Made by a program: the position numbers and the translations under genes. Positions 20,351 to 31,262 of a stretch of 64,000 nucleotides of DNA are shown here, piece after piece. The notes below the pieces were generated by a model, which was not told the origin of the DNA, made no database searches, and saw only the letters and a program-made list of their open reading frames with translations. Source of the stretch: an uncultured delta proteobacterium (GTDB taxonomy: Bacteria; Myxococcota; Myxococcia; Myxococcales; Myxococcaceae); the NCBI GenBank assembly GCA_963796055.1, contig CAWCKH010000003.1, positions 128,001-192,000 of the forward strand, given 5' to 3'. Within the stretch, counting starts at the first letter, position 1, and each line of letters opens with the position of its first letter.

Positions 20351-21724
20351 CTAGCCGAGCGCAGCGCTCAGCGCGGCGGCGATCGACTGCGCGTGCTCCT
20401 CGTTCCGAGCTCGATCCGGTCCCTCGATGAGGATCCGCACCTTCGGCTCGGTGCCGCTGTAGCGGACGAACACCCGCCCGTCCGTGCCCAGCTTGGCCCG
20501 GACCGCCTCGATGGCGGCATTCACGCCCTCCAGGCCCTCCAGATCCTTCCGCTCCTTCACCGCGAGCGAGAGCAGGGTCTGGGGCACTGGCTCGAAGATG
20601 CTGGCCAGCTCGGACAACGGCTTCTGCTGGCGGCACATCACCGCCAGGAGCTGGAGCGCTGCCAGTGTCCCATCCCCGGTGGTCGCGTGGTCCAGGAAGA
20701 CCAGATGCCCGGACTGCTCGCCGCCGAGGCTGTGGCCTGACCGCCGCATCTCCTCCACCACGTAGCGGTCCCCCACCTTGGTCCGGACCACCTGGACCCC
20801 CCAGCGCCCCACCGCCCGCTCCAGGCCCACGTTGGACATCACCGTGGTGACCAAGGTCCGGGTCCGCAGCCGCTCCTGGGAAACCATCTCGCCGGTACAG
20901 ACGGCCATGATCGCGTCGCCGTCGACGATGCGGCCCCTCTCATCGGCGACAATCAGCCGATCGGCGTCTCCATCGAGCGCCAGGCCCAGGTGCGCCCCGT
21001 GCTCCACGACCGCCCGGGCCATGTGCTCGGGATGCACCGCGCCGCAGTCATCGTTGATGTTCACGCCGTTCGGCTCGCAGGCGAGGCTGATGACGCTGGC
21101 CCCCAGCTCCTGGAGGACCGAGGGGGCGGTCCGGTAGGCCGCGCCGTGCGCGCAGTCGACGACGATCTTCAGCCCCTCCAGCGTCAGCTCGCGAGGGAAG
21201 GTGTTCTTGAGGAACACGATGTACCGGCCCTTGGCGTCGTCCAGCCGGAAGGCCTTGCCGATCTTGTCCGCAGTGGGGCGGATCTCGTCGATCTGCCCGC
21301 TGGTGACCAGCTCCTCGAGCTTCTCCTCGGTCTCGTCCGGCAGCTTGAAGCCGTCCCGCCAGAAGAACTTGATCCCGTTGTCCTGGTAGGGGTTGTGCGA
21401 GGCGGAGATGACCGCGCCGGCGTCGGCGCGCATCGAGGTGGTGATGTTGGCGATGCCCGGCGTCGGCAGCGGCCCGACCAGCTCGACGTCGATGCCCATC
21501 GAGGTGACGCCGGCAGCCAGCGCCTGTTCCAGCATGTAGCCGGACAGACGGGTGTCCTTGCCGATCACCACCCGGTGCCGGTGGTTGCCGTTGCGGATCA
21601 GGAAGGCCAGCGCCCGGCCGAGCTGCATGGCCACTTCGGCGGTCATCGGCCAGACGTTGGCCGTCCCCCGTACGCCGTCTGTCCCGAAGAGCCGCGCCTT
21701 CCCCTGCGCCTCTGGAAGCCTCAT
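20351..21724 (-). CDS. glmM: Phosphoglucosamine mutase
   Basis: [42 protein letters not shown]. Confidence 0.96.
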   Translation of the reverse strand: MRLPEAQGKARLFGTDGVRGTANVWPMTAEVAMQLGRALAFLIRNGNHRHRVVIGKDTRLSGYMLEQALAAGVTSMGIDVELVGPLPTPGIANITTSMRADAGAVISASHNPYQDNGIKFFWRDGFKLPDETEEKLEELVTSGQIDEIRPTADKIGKAFRLDDAKGRYIVFLKNTFPRELTLEGLKIVVDCAHGAAYRTAPSVLQELGASVISLACEPNGVNINDDCGAVHPEHMARAVVEHGAHLGLALDGDADRLIVADERGRIVDGDAIMAVCTGEMVSQERLRTRTLVTTVMSNVGLERAVGRWGVQVVRTKVGDRYVVEEMRRSGHSLGGEQSGHLVFLDHATTGDGTLAALQLLAVMCRQQKPLSELASIFEPVPQTLLSLAVKERKDLEGLEGVNAAIEAVRAKLGTDGRVFVRYSGTEPKVRILIEGPDRARNEEHAQSIAAALSAALG

Positions 21725-21839
21725 CAACCTCACTTTGCTCGACCCTCCCGCCGCCCGTCACACACTCCCCGGGTCGGTCTCCCATGCTAGGGACCGCGAG
21801 CCCTCCCCGCAAGGCAAGGGAGGTGTCCAGGGGTGGGTG

Positions 21840-23732
21840 TCACTCCTCGAGCGTCGAAAGGTCGCCCGCGTCCTTGCCCAGCTCCTGGGCCTTGAGCAGC
21901 CGCCGGACGATTTTTCCGCTCCGGGTCTTCGGCAGCTTGTCGACCACCTTGATGCTGGTGGGGGTGGCGATGGGCCCGAGCTCGTGCCGCACGTGCTGGA
22001 TGAGCTCTCCCTCGAGCTGAGGAGTGGCGGTCCGGCCCGCCCGCAGGGTGCAGAAGGCCTTGATGCCCTCGCCCTTCACCGGGTCGGGGATGCCGATCAC
22101 CGCGGCCTCGGCGATGGCCGGGTGACTGACCAGTGCGCTCTCCACGTCCGCGGTGCCGATGCGGTGCCCGGCGACGTTGAGCACATCGTCGCTGCGCCCG
22201 AGCACGGTGAAGTACCCGTCCTTGTCCCAGCTGGCCACGTCGCCCGCGGCGTAGACCTGGCCGGGGATCTCCTCCCAGTACTGGCGCCAGCGCTCGTGAT
22301 CGCCCCAGACGGTCCGCATCAGGTGGGGGAACGGGCGCCGGAGCGCGAGCACCCCACCCTGCCCCTTGGGGACCTCCTTGCCATCGGTGTCCACCACCAC
22401 CGCATCCACCCCGGGCAGCGGCAACCCCACTGCGCCCGGCCTGGCGGGGATGCACAGCGGCGTCCCCAGCGCCGGCCCGCCCAGCTCGGTCTGCCACCAG
22501 TTGTCGGCGATGAACCCGCGCTTGCCGTTGTCCACCAGGTGCTGGAAGGCCCAGCGGCAGGCCTCGGGGTTCAGGGGCTCGCCGGCGACGGTGATCAGCC
22601 GGAGCGAGGAGAGGTTGGACTTCGCGGGCAGCTCGCCTCCGAACTTCATGAACATCCGGAGCGCGGTGGGGGCGGTGAAGATGACGTTCACCTTGTGCTT
22701 CTCCACCACCCGCCAGGCGATCGCCGGGTCGGGGAAGTCGATGGCGCCCTCGCGCACCACGGTGGTGATGCCCTCCACCAGCGGCGCGTAGACGATGTAT
22801 GAGTGCCCCACCACCCAGCCGATGTCGCTGGTACACCAGAAGACGTCGTCGTCCTTCAGGTCATAGAAGGTCCGGAGGTGGTAGGCGGTGCCGACCATGT
22901 AGCCGCCGTGCACGTGCACCACGCCCTTTGGCTTCCCGGTGGACCCCGAGGTGTAGAGGATGAACAGCGGGTGCTCGCTGTCCACCTGCACCGGCGCGAC
23001 GTCCGGCTTGCTGCGCTGGACCAGCTCGCGGAAATCCACCTCGCCCGGCTTCAGCGGCCGGCCGCCGCCCTTCCGCCGCTGGAACCAGACCACGTGCTCG
23101 ACGCCGAGCCCGGGAAGCGCCTCGTCGACGATTCCCTGCAGCTCGACGGTCTTCCCCCGCCGGAACCCGATGTCGCCGGCGATCATCAGCTTGGCCCCGG
23201 CGTCGACGATCCGGTCCTTGAGCGCGCCCACCCCCAGGCCCGCGTAGACCACCGAGTGGATGGCCCCGAGCCGCGCCACGGCGAGCATCGAGGCGATGCC
23301 CTCGAGCGTCAGCGGCATGTAGATGATGACCCGGTCGCCCACGCCGACGCCCAGGGAGCGCAGGCCGCTGGCCAGCTTCGATACCAGGTCCCGGAGCTCC
23401 CCGTAGGTGATGCTCCGCTCGGTCCCGTCCTCGTCGATGCAGATGAAGGCACGGTGACTCCGGCGCGGCCCATCGGCGTGACGGTCGAGCGCGTTCTCGG
23501 TGATGTTGAGCTTGCCGCCCACGAACCACTGGTGGTCCGGCACGCGCCACTCGAGCACCCGGCTCCAGGGCTGCGACCAGCGGAAGCGCTTGCCCTGCTC
23601 GCCCCAGAACCCCTGCGGGTCGGCGAGGCTCCGCGCATGCTCGGCCCGGACGTCTTGAAGGTTCGCGGCGCGGCGCACGTTGTCCGGCGCCGGAATGCCC
23701 TCGCCCACTTCGAGGAGATGCTCGAGTGCCAT
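21840..23732 (-). CDS. acs: Acetate--CoA ligase (acetyl-CoA synthetase family)
   Basis: YTSGSTGKPKG, DIGWVVGHSY, GEPLNPEA, WWQTELG, GRSDDV, PKTRSGKIVRR. Confidence 0.92.
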   Translation of the reverse strand: MALEHLLEVGEGIPAPDNVRRAANLQDVRAEHARSLADPQGFWGEQGKRFRWSQPWSRVLEWRVPDHQWFVGGKLNITENALDRHADGPRRSHRAFICIDEDGTERSITYGELRDLVSKLASGLRSLGVGVGDRVIIYMPLTLEGIASMLAVARLGAIHSVVYAGLGVGALKDRIVDAGAKLMIAGDIGFRRGKTVELQGIVDEALPGLGVEHVVWFQRRKGGGRPLKPGEVDFRELVQRSKPDVAPVQVDSEHPLFILYTSGSTGKPKGVVHVHGGYMVGTAYHLRTFYDLKDDDVFWCTSDIGWVVGHSYIVYAPLVEGITTVVREGAIDFPDPAIAWRVVEKHKVNVIFTAPTALRMFMKFGGELPAKSNLSSLRLITVAGEPLNPEACRWAFQHLVDNGKRGFIADNWWQTELGGPALGTPLCIPARPGAVGLPLPGVDAVVVDTDGKEVPKGQGGVLALRRPFPHLMRTVWGDHERWRQYWEEIPGQVYAAGDVASWDKDGYFTVLGRSDDVLNVAGHRIGTADVESALVSHPAIAEAAVIGIPDPVKGEGIKAFCTLRAGRTATPQLEGELIQHVRHELGPIATPTSIKVVDKLPKTRSGKIVRRLLKAQELGKDAGDLSTLEE

Positions 23733-23843
23733 GCCGCCCTCCGGAAGGTTTCACGAGAGAACAGGCCATGCGTCCATGGCGATTTCAAGTTGGACCCTGG
23801 CCGCGCAAGATTCTGCGCACTGTCCAGCGCTCGGTGCAGGGCG

Positions 23844-25061
23844 TCAGGGCCGCGGCGGACCCCACGCGTCGCCCCCCTCGCAGGCCCGGGCGATGGCGTC
23901 GGCGACGGCCAGCGCGTCCCTCACCTCGGAGACGTCGTGCACCCGCACCACGTCCGCACCGTGGAGCACGGCCAGCGCGGCGACGGAGGCCAGGGTGCCA
24001 GGAAGTCGCTCCTCGGGAGACCGGCCGCCAGCTAGGGCCCCGAGGAACCGCTTGCGGCTGGTCCCCACCAGGACCGGGGCGCCCAGGATCCGGAATTCGG
24101 CGAGGTGGCGGATCAGGAACAGGTTGTGTCCCACCGTCTTTCCGAAGCCGATGCCCGGGTCCACCCAGATGCGCTCCCGCCGCACCCCGGCGGCGACTGC
24201 TCGGTCGATGCTCGAGGCGAGCGACTCGATGACCTGGGCGACCACGTCGTCGTAGCGGGGGTCGACCTGCATCGTCGCCGGCGTCCCCTGGATGTGCATC
24301 AGCGCCAGCGCCGCGCCGGCCCGGGACACCACCTCCGCCAGGGCCGGATCGTGTCCGAGCCCGCTCACGTCGTTGACCAGGACCGCGCCCGCCTCCAGCG
24401 CCTGCCGGGCGACCTCCGCCTTCCGGGTGTCGATCGACAGGGGGACGTCGGTCGCGGCGTGGACCGCCTCGAGGACCGGGAGCACCCGTTCGAGCTCCAC
24501 CTCGACCGGGACCTCGTCCGCGCCGGGCCGGGTGGACTCGCCGCCGATGTCCAGGAGGTCTGCCCCCGCTCTGGCCAGCGAGAGAGCGTGCTGGACGGCG
24601 GCCTCGCGCTCGAGGTGCCGACCACCGTCGCTGAAGCTGTCGGGCGTGACGTTCACCACCCCCATGACCTGGGTGCGCTCGCCCCAGCGGAAGGTGCGGG
24701 CGCCCAGCACCGTGGGGTCTGGCGGGACGTCCGTCGCGGTGGCGGCGTCGAGGGCCCGGGCCAGCTCGCCCAGTCCCCTCCCTTCGGCGCGTCTGGCCAG
24801 CGCCTCGATGCCGGCGCGCGTCCCGGAAACGGTGGCGGCGCCCGGCCGCCGGTCGGGGTCGGAGAGGATGACCGTCACCCGCGTGTCCTCCACCTCGCGA
24901 AGGCAGCGCAAGCCCGCAGCGTCGAGACCGGTCACCAGGAGATGTGCCCGACCCACCGACGCGAGCAAGGGCTGCCGCACCGCTGGCAGAAGCCCGAGCC
25001 GTTCCCACGCGGGCTCGAGGTCGTCGTCGCGGTCGATGCGGATGGGCCGGGCGAGGAGCAC
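23844..25061 (-). CDS. folP: Dihydropteroate synthase with N-terminal extension
   Basis: MGVVNVTPDSFSDGG, GGESTRPG, DPGIGFGK, GTSRKRF, VRVHDV; AAGGAGG RBS. Confidence 0.95.
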   Translation of the reverse strand: MLLARPIRIDRDDDLEPAWERLGLLPAVRQPLLASVGRAHLLVTGLDAAGLRCLREVEDTRVTVILSDPDRRPGAATVSGTRAGIEALARRAEGRGLGELARALDAATATDVPPDPTVLGARTFRWGERTQVMGVVNVTPDSFSDGGRHLEREAAVQHALSLARAGADLLDIGGESTRPGADEVPVEVELERVLPVLEAVHAATDVPLSIDTRKAEVARQALEAGAVLVNDVSGLGHDPALAEVVSRAGAALALMHIQGTPATMQVDPRYDDVVAQVIESLASSIDRAVAAGVRRERIWVDPGIGFGKTVGHNLFLIRHLAEFRILGAPVLVGTSRKRFLGALAGGRSPEERLPGTLASVAALAVLHGADVVRVHDVSEVRDALAVADAIARACEGGDAWGPPRP

Positions 25062-25230
25062 CCCTCCTTGCTAGCAGAAGTCGGAATCCGCTCGCTCAGG
25101 TCCCCGGCGGGAAGGGGGAGCAGCTGCCGAAGCGGCAACTCCCGCCCAGGCACTGGGAGCCGAAGGCGCACTGGGAGGTGGCGCCGGCCCGGGCCAGCGA
25201 GGGCAGCAGAAGACGGCGGTGACGACCGCT

Positions 25231-27144
<1,914 letters not shown>

Positions 27145-27267
27145 GTGTGGACTGCCCCTTTCGACTCCGGGCGCGACCTCCGACCCCGGCCGAGGTCGGA
27201 GATCCAGCATTCTGACGGGCCCTTCGGGCCAGTCGCAAGCACTCGAACAGGCACGGCCGTTCTGCGC

Positions 27268-28587
27268 CTATAACGAACCCTCCCCTCCAGCGCTCGGCCC
27301 CACCGTGCCGGGGCGCTCGAGGGGCTCGGCGCGCAGGAACGGCCCCGGGCCGGGGTGTGCACGCGGCCACAGCGCCACCACCCACAGCACGCGCCCGCGC
27401 GCGTCCGCCACCAGGGGCCAGCCCCCCCGCGCCTCGACCGGGACAGAGGCGTCGACGAGCACGTCCTGCACCCGGCGGGTGGGCCCTGCCTCCGGTCCGA
27501 CGCGGTCTCCCGGTCGCCGGGCGCGCACCCGGAGCGGCGGCGTCGCATCGCCCACCGGGATCCCCGGCCCGTCCCCGAGCGAGACCCGGAAGCCGCCGAA
27601 TTCCACCGGCAGGCCGGTTCCGAGCTCCCGCGCGAGCGGCTCCGCTCCCACCTCCCGGGGCAGCACCCGGACCCAGCCGCCCTCGGCGGCGAGCACCGCC
27701 CGACCCAGCAGGCCCGTCTTCCCGCCCCGGTCGACGGCGGCGCCCACCTCGCGCAGCAGGCGATCGGACACCGGCTGTCCCTGGGCCTCCAGCCAGGCCC
27801 GGAGGACCCGGGCGCGAATGGGCCAGGGGAGTGCGCGAACCCCCACCGCGTCGAGCCCCGCGCCCTGGCGCACCCGCTCGAGGGCCTGCGCCGCGAGTCC
27901 CGACAGGAGGTCCTCGTCCTCGGCCGCCGACCGGGCGAAGCGTGCCAGCCGCTCCACCACCGACGGCCCCGCCGCCTGCCGCAGGACGGGCAACACGTGG
28001 TGACGGATGCGGCTCCGGAACAACCCGGGATCCTCGTTGCTCGGGTCGCGCACCGGCTCGAGCCCCGCGGCCGCCACCATCGCCTCGGTCTGGGCGCGAC
28101 GGATGGTGAGCAGCGGTCTCATCAGCCGGGGCCGGTCCGTCCGGATGGAGGCCGCTCCCCGGAGAGCCGACCCCCGTGCCAGCCGCATCAGCAGGGTCTC
28201 GGCCTGGTCCTCCGCGGTGTGCGCGGTGGCAATGGCGTCGTAGCCGTGCTCCCGGGCGATCCGGTCCAGTGCCGCGTACCGGGCCAGCCGGGCCCGTGCC
28301 TCGGCCCCCGGACCCGGCAGGAGCCCCAGCGACTGGGTGTGGAACGGCAGGCCGAGCGCCCGGGCCAGCGCCCCGACCCGTTCCACCTCGGCAGCCGCCT
28401 CCCCCCGGAGCCCATGGTCGAGGGAGGCCACCCCCGTCCGGTCGCCTGCCACCCTGGCGGCCGCGACCAGCAGAGCGAGCGAGTCCACCCCGCCGGACAC
28501 AGCCACGAGAATTCTTCCGGCCTGGCGCCCGAAAGCGGCCTCAACCGCCTTCTCGATGACAGCTCGGTCTCGCCCGTCGTCGTGCAT
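27268..28587 (-). CDS. tilS: tRNA(Ile)-lysidine synthetase
   Basis: PP-loop AVSGGVDS, DHGLR, ATAHTAEDQAET, RPLL, DPSN, RSRIRH; lies upstream of ftsH. Start uncertain. Confidence 0.92.
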   Translation of the reverse strand: MHDDGRDRAVIEKAVEAAFGRQAGRILVAVSGGVDSLALLVAAARVAGDRTGVASLDHGLRGEAAAEVERVGALARALGLPFHTQSLGLLPGPGAEARARLARYAALDRIAREHGYDAIATAHTAEDQAETLLMRLARGSALRGAASIRTDRPRLMRPLLTIRRAQTEAMVAAAGLEPVRDPSNEDPGLFRSRIRHHVLPVLRQAAGPSVVERLARFARSAAEDEDLLSGLAAQALERVRQGAGLDAVGVRALPWPIRARVLRAWLEAQGQPVSDRLLREVGAAVDRGGKTGLLGRAVLAAEGGWVRVLPREVGAEPLARELGTGLPVEFGGFRVSLGDGPGIPVGDATPPLRVRARRPGDRVGPEAGPTRRVQDVLVDASVPVEARGGWPLVADARGRVLWVVALWPRAHPGPGPFLRAEPLERPGTVGPSAGGEGSL

Positions 28588-28634
28588 GCGACAGCCATCC
28601 ACACCCGTGAGGGGACATCGCACCCGTCAGCAGG

Positions 28635-28663
28635 TTGAGACGCGTGGGTGCGGGCCTTAGAAT
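28635..28663 (+). promoter_or_regulatory. Near-consensus sigma70-type promoter
   Basis: TTGAGA-N17-TAGAAT. Confidence 0.65.
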
Positions 28664-28669
28664 GACAGT

Positions 28670-28867
28670 GACTCGGTGGCAGTGGCGATGGGGGTGAGGA
28701 ATGGGCGAGCCACCGCGCATGTTCTGACTTTCGAAAATCTGAGTGTTGGGCCTAGGGGTCCCCCCCCTCCCCCTCTGGGCCCACGGGGGTCGCAGGGAGA
28801 TTTCTCTCTGCCGCCCCTTCTTTCCCGGGCGCCCCGGTTCCGTCGCTGGAACCGGGGCGTTCGCTTT
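28670..28867 (+). ncRNA. Candidate structured small RNA (or regulatory leader)
   Basis: Lies between the promoter and a terminator; helices 28674-28715, 28747-28783 (C-rich loop), 28786-28817 and 28830-28859. Confidence 0.5.
28830..28867 (+). terminator. Intrinsic terminator-like hairpin
   Basis: Perfect 12-bp stem CGCCCCGGTTCC/GGAACCGGGGCG, 6-nt loop, followed by TTCGCTTT. Confidence 0.6.
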
Positions 28868-28999
28868 CGTGGAACTCAGCCAAATGATTGACCGATCCGC
28901 TGCCGTGGCGGAGACTCCCCCCCAGAGCACGTCGGCGCACGTCCGACTGGGACGGAAGTCCGACGTTGACCGTTGACCTGACCCCGGGAGCACCAAGCG

Positions 29000-29209
29000 A
29001 TGGCCGGAACCGACAAGCGCAAGCAGAGTTTGTACTTCCCGGAGGAGATGCTCCGGGAGATCCAGGAGGAGGCCACGAGGCAGGACCGCTCGCTCTCCTG
29101 GGTGGTGCAGCAGGCGTGGCGGATCGCCCGCGAGCGCATCAAGGCCTTTCCTGCGGTGAACGATGTGACGGGCGAGCCCGCGCTCCCCGACACACGCGAG
29201 GAGGCCTGA
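29000..29209 (+). CDS. MXAN_4361/MXAN_4362-family (TIGR04563) small ribbon-helix-helix-like protein
   Basis: TDKRKQSLYFPEEMLREIQEEATRQDRSLSWVVQQAW; GGGAG RBS. Confidence 0.88.
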   Translation: MAGTDKRKQSLYFPEEMLREIQEEATRQDRSLSWVVQQAWRIARERIKAFPAVNDVTGEPALPDTREEA

Positions 29210-29391
29210 TGCCGGGCACTGATCACCGCAAGCAATCGCTGTATTTCCCCGAGGAGATGCTGATGGAGATCCAGCATGAGGCGACGCGGCAGGACCGCTC
29301 GCTCTCCTGGATCGTCCAGCAGGCCTGGAAGGTCGCCCGCGGCGACATCCAGAAGATGCCCTCGGTGAACGACGTCCTCGCCGGACGATGA
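29209..29391 (+). CDS. Second TIGR04563-family small protein (tandem paralogue)
   Basis: TDHRKQSLYFPEEMLMEIQHEATRQDRSLSWIVQQAW; TGATG overlap and GGAGG RBS. Confidence 0.88.
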   Translation: MPGTDHRKQSLYFPEEMLMEIQHEATRQDRSLSWIVQQAWKVARGDIQKMPSVNDVLAGR

Positions 29392-29456
29392 GCGAGCCCG
29401 CCGGGTAGACGCCCGGCGGTCCACTCTCCTGCCGCTGACGCGCGGGTGCTAGGAGC

Positions 29457-29555
29457 CTGTAGGCCATAGCTGACTGCGGCCGCCCGGACTTCGCCGACTG
29501 CAGCCCACCTGACGGCACTCTGACCCGTACCTCGACTGCGGCCGCCCTGACCTAG
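29457..29555. repeat. Single degenerate copy of the repeat element found at 55182-55643
   Basis: CTGTAGGCCATAGCTGACTGCGGCCGCCCGGAC...GACTGCAGCCCACCTGAC...CTCGACTGCGGCCGCCCTGACCTAG matches the 85-bp unit with a few substitutions. Confidence 0.9.
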
Positions 29556-31246
29556 GCGGCCTCTGCCTCCAGCTTGAAGCCGCCGCGCTCGAGCATCTGC
29601 TTCAGCTCGGTCTTGTGGATGGCCTTGGTGTAGGCCTCCTGGGGCTCGACCAGCTTCTTCTTCACCAGGTCGAACAGGGCGTCATTCAGGGTCTGCATCC
29701 CCACGCCCTTGCCGGTCTGCATCGTCGAGGGGATCTGGAAGGTCTTCCCCTCGCGGATGAGGTTGGCCACGCCGGAGGTGGCGATGAGGATCTCCATCGC
29801 TGCCACCCGGCCGCCCCCGATCTTCTTGCACAGCGTCTGGGTGATGACGCCCTTGAGGCTCTCGCTGAGCATCATCCGGATCTGCTCCTGCCGGTCGGCA
29901 GGGAACTGGTCGATGATCCGGTCCACCGTGCTGGGCGCGGTGTTGGTGTGGAGGGTCCCGAAGACCAGGTGACCGGTCTCCGCTGTCTCGATGGCGATGG
30001 CGATGGTCTCGAGGTCGCGCATTTCGCCCACCAGCACGATGTCCGGATCCTCGCGGAGGGCCGCCCGCAGCGCATGCTTGAAGGACCCGGTGTGCACGCC
30101 AATCTCCCGCTGGTTCACCAGGCACCGGCGGTTGGGGTGCACGAACTCGATCGGGTCCTCGATGGTGATGATGTGATCGTCCCGGTTCCGGTTGATGTGG
30201 TCGATCATCGAGGCCAGGGTGGTGCTCTTGCCCGATCCCGTCGGACCGGTGACCACCACCAGGCCCTTGTTGAGGAAGCAGAGGTCCAGCACCGCCTGGG
30301 AGAGGCCCATCTCCTGTGCGGTACGGATGGTGTTGGGGATCTGCCGCATCACGCAGCCGATGCCCTTGCGGTCCTCGAAGAAGTTCACCCGGAAGCGGGC
30401 CCGCGGCGTCTCGTGGGCGAAGTCGGTGTCCTTGATGGACAGCCACTGCTCCCGGTTCTTCTCCGGGGCGATGGAGAATAAGAGATCTTTGAGGCGGCCC
30501 GGTGACAGCGGCGGATACCCCTCGATGGGAGTCATGTCCCCGTCCACCCGGATGATGGGGGTGGTGTCCGACGAGAGGTGAAGGTCGGAGGCCTTTCGGT
30601 CCAGCATGAAGTTCAGCAGCTGGTCCATCGCCGCGGCCGGATCCGCGGACGGAGCGAGAGCCGGGGCCGCCGGCCTCGCGGCGCGGGCTGGCTCCGATGC
30701 CGGGGCCGCCGCCGGGGCGGGCGCGGCGGCCTTCCCGGGCGCCTGGGGAGGCGAGCCCGGGAGATCGCGGAACTGGATGTCCTTGGCCACCCCGCGGCGC
30801 AAGCCCGACTGAGAGCCGGCGGGGATGCCGACCGCTGCGGGGGTGGGGGGCGTGCCGGCGACCGCCGTGCCGGAGCCGTGCATGTACTCGTGCAGCATCT
30901 CGGCGGCCGAGGCGAGCTCGATCGGCTCCCCCTCCTCCTCGGCGCCCCGCTCCGCTGGGCGCACCATGGCGCGGACGTTGCCGCCGTTACGCTCGAAGCT
31001 CACCACCACCCGTCCGGCCGGGGCGCCGTACTCGAACCGGGTGGTCCCCAGCGCGGGGAACGTGGTGCGCATCTCGCTCGGCACGAGCTCGGCGAACACC
31101 CCGGCGATCTGCTGCGCGGTGAGCTGCTGCCTGAGCACCGGGACGTCGCCCGCGCCGGTGCGCATCACGGCGGGGGCGCCGGTGTCGAACAGCAGCTCGG
31201 TGCCCTCCTTCAGGAGGCGCTCGAAGATCGGATCCAGCCTGGCCAC
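29552..31246 (-). CDS. PilT/PilU-family type IV pilus retraction ATPase with N-terminal extension
   Basis: ASDLHL, GPTGSGKSTT, TIEDPIE, ALREDPD.VLVGEMRD, TGHLVFGTLHT, GMQTL. Confidence 0.93.
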   Translation of the reverse strand: MARLDPIFERLLKEGTELLFDTGAPAVMRTGAGDVPVLRQQLTAQQIAGVFAELVPSEMRTTFPALGTTRFEYGAPAGRVVVSFERNGGNVRAMVRPAERGAEEEGEPIELASAAEMLHEYMHGSGTAVAGTPPTPAAVGIPAGSQSGLRRGVAKDIQFRDLPGSPPQAPGKAAAPAPAAAPASEPARAARPAAPALAPSADPAAAMDQLLNFMLDRKASDLHLSSDTTPIIRVDGDMTPIEGYPPLSPGRLKDLLFSIAPEKNREQWLSIKDTDFAHETPRARFRVNFFEDRKGIGCVMRQIPNTIRTAQEMGLSQAVLDLCFLNKGLVVVTGPTGSGKSTTLASMIDHINRNRDDHIITIEDPIEFVHPNRRCLVNQREIGVHTGSFKHALRAALREDPDIVLVGEMRDLETIAIAIETAETGHLVFGTLHTNTAPSTVDRIIDQFPADRQEQIRMMLSESLKGVITQTLCKKIGGGRVAAMEILIATSGVANLIREGKTFQIPSTMQTGKGVGMQTLNDALFDLVKKKLVEPQEAYTKAIHKTELKQMLERGGFKLEAEAA

Positions 31247-31262
31247 GATCGGAGAGTGTACT

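Noticed and set aside
21840..23732. acs between folP and glmM as a novel functional link
   Set aside because: Most simply a gene insertion into a housekeeping block; nothing else supports a link.
25062..25230. Folate-related riboswitch upstream of folP
   Set aside because: Hairpins exist, but I recognise no THF or ZTP consensus, and the coding-remnant explanation fits better. An Rfam scan would settle it.
28676..28891. 71-aa ORF across the candidate sRNA
   Set aside because: Atypical codon usage, no RBS, and it runs through a terminator hairpin.
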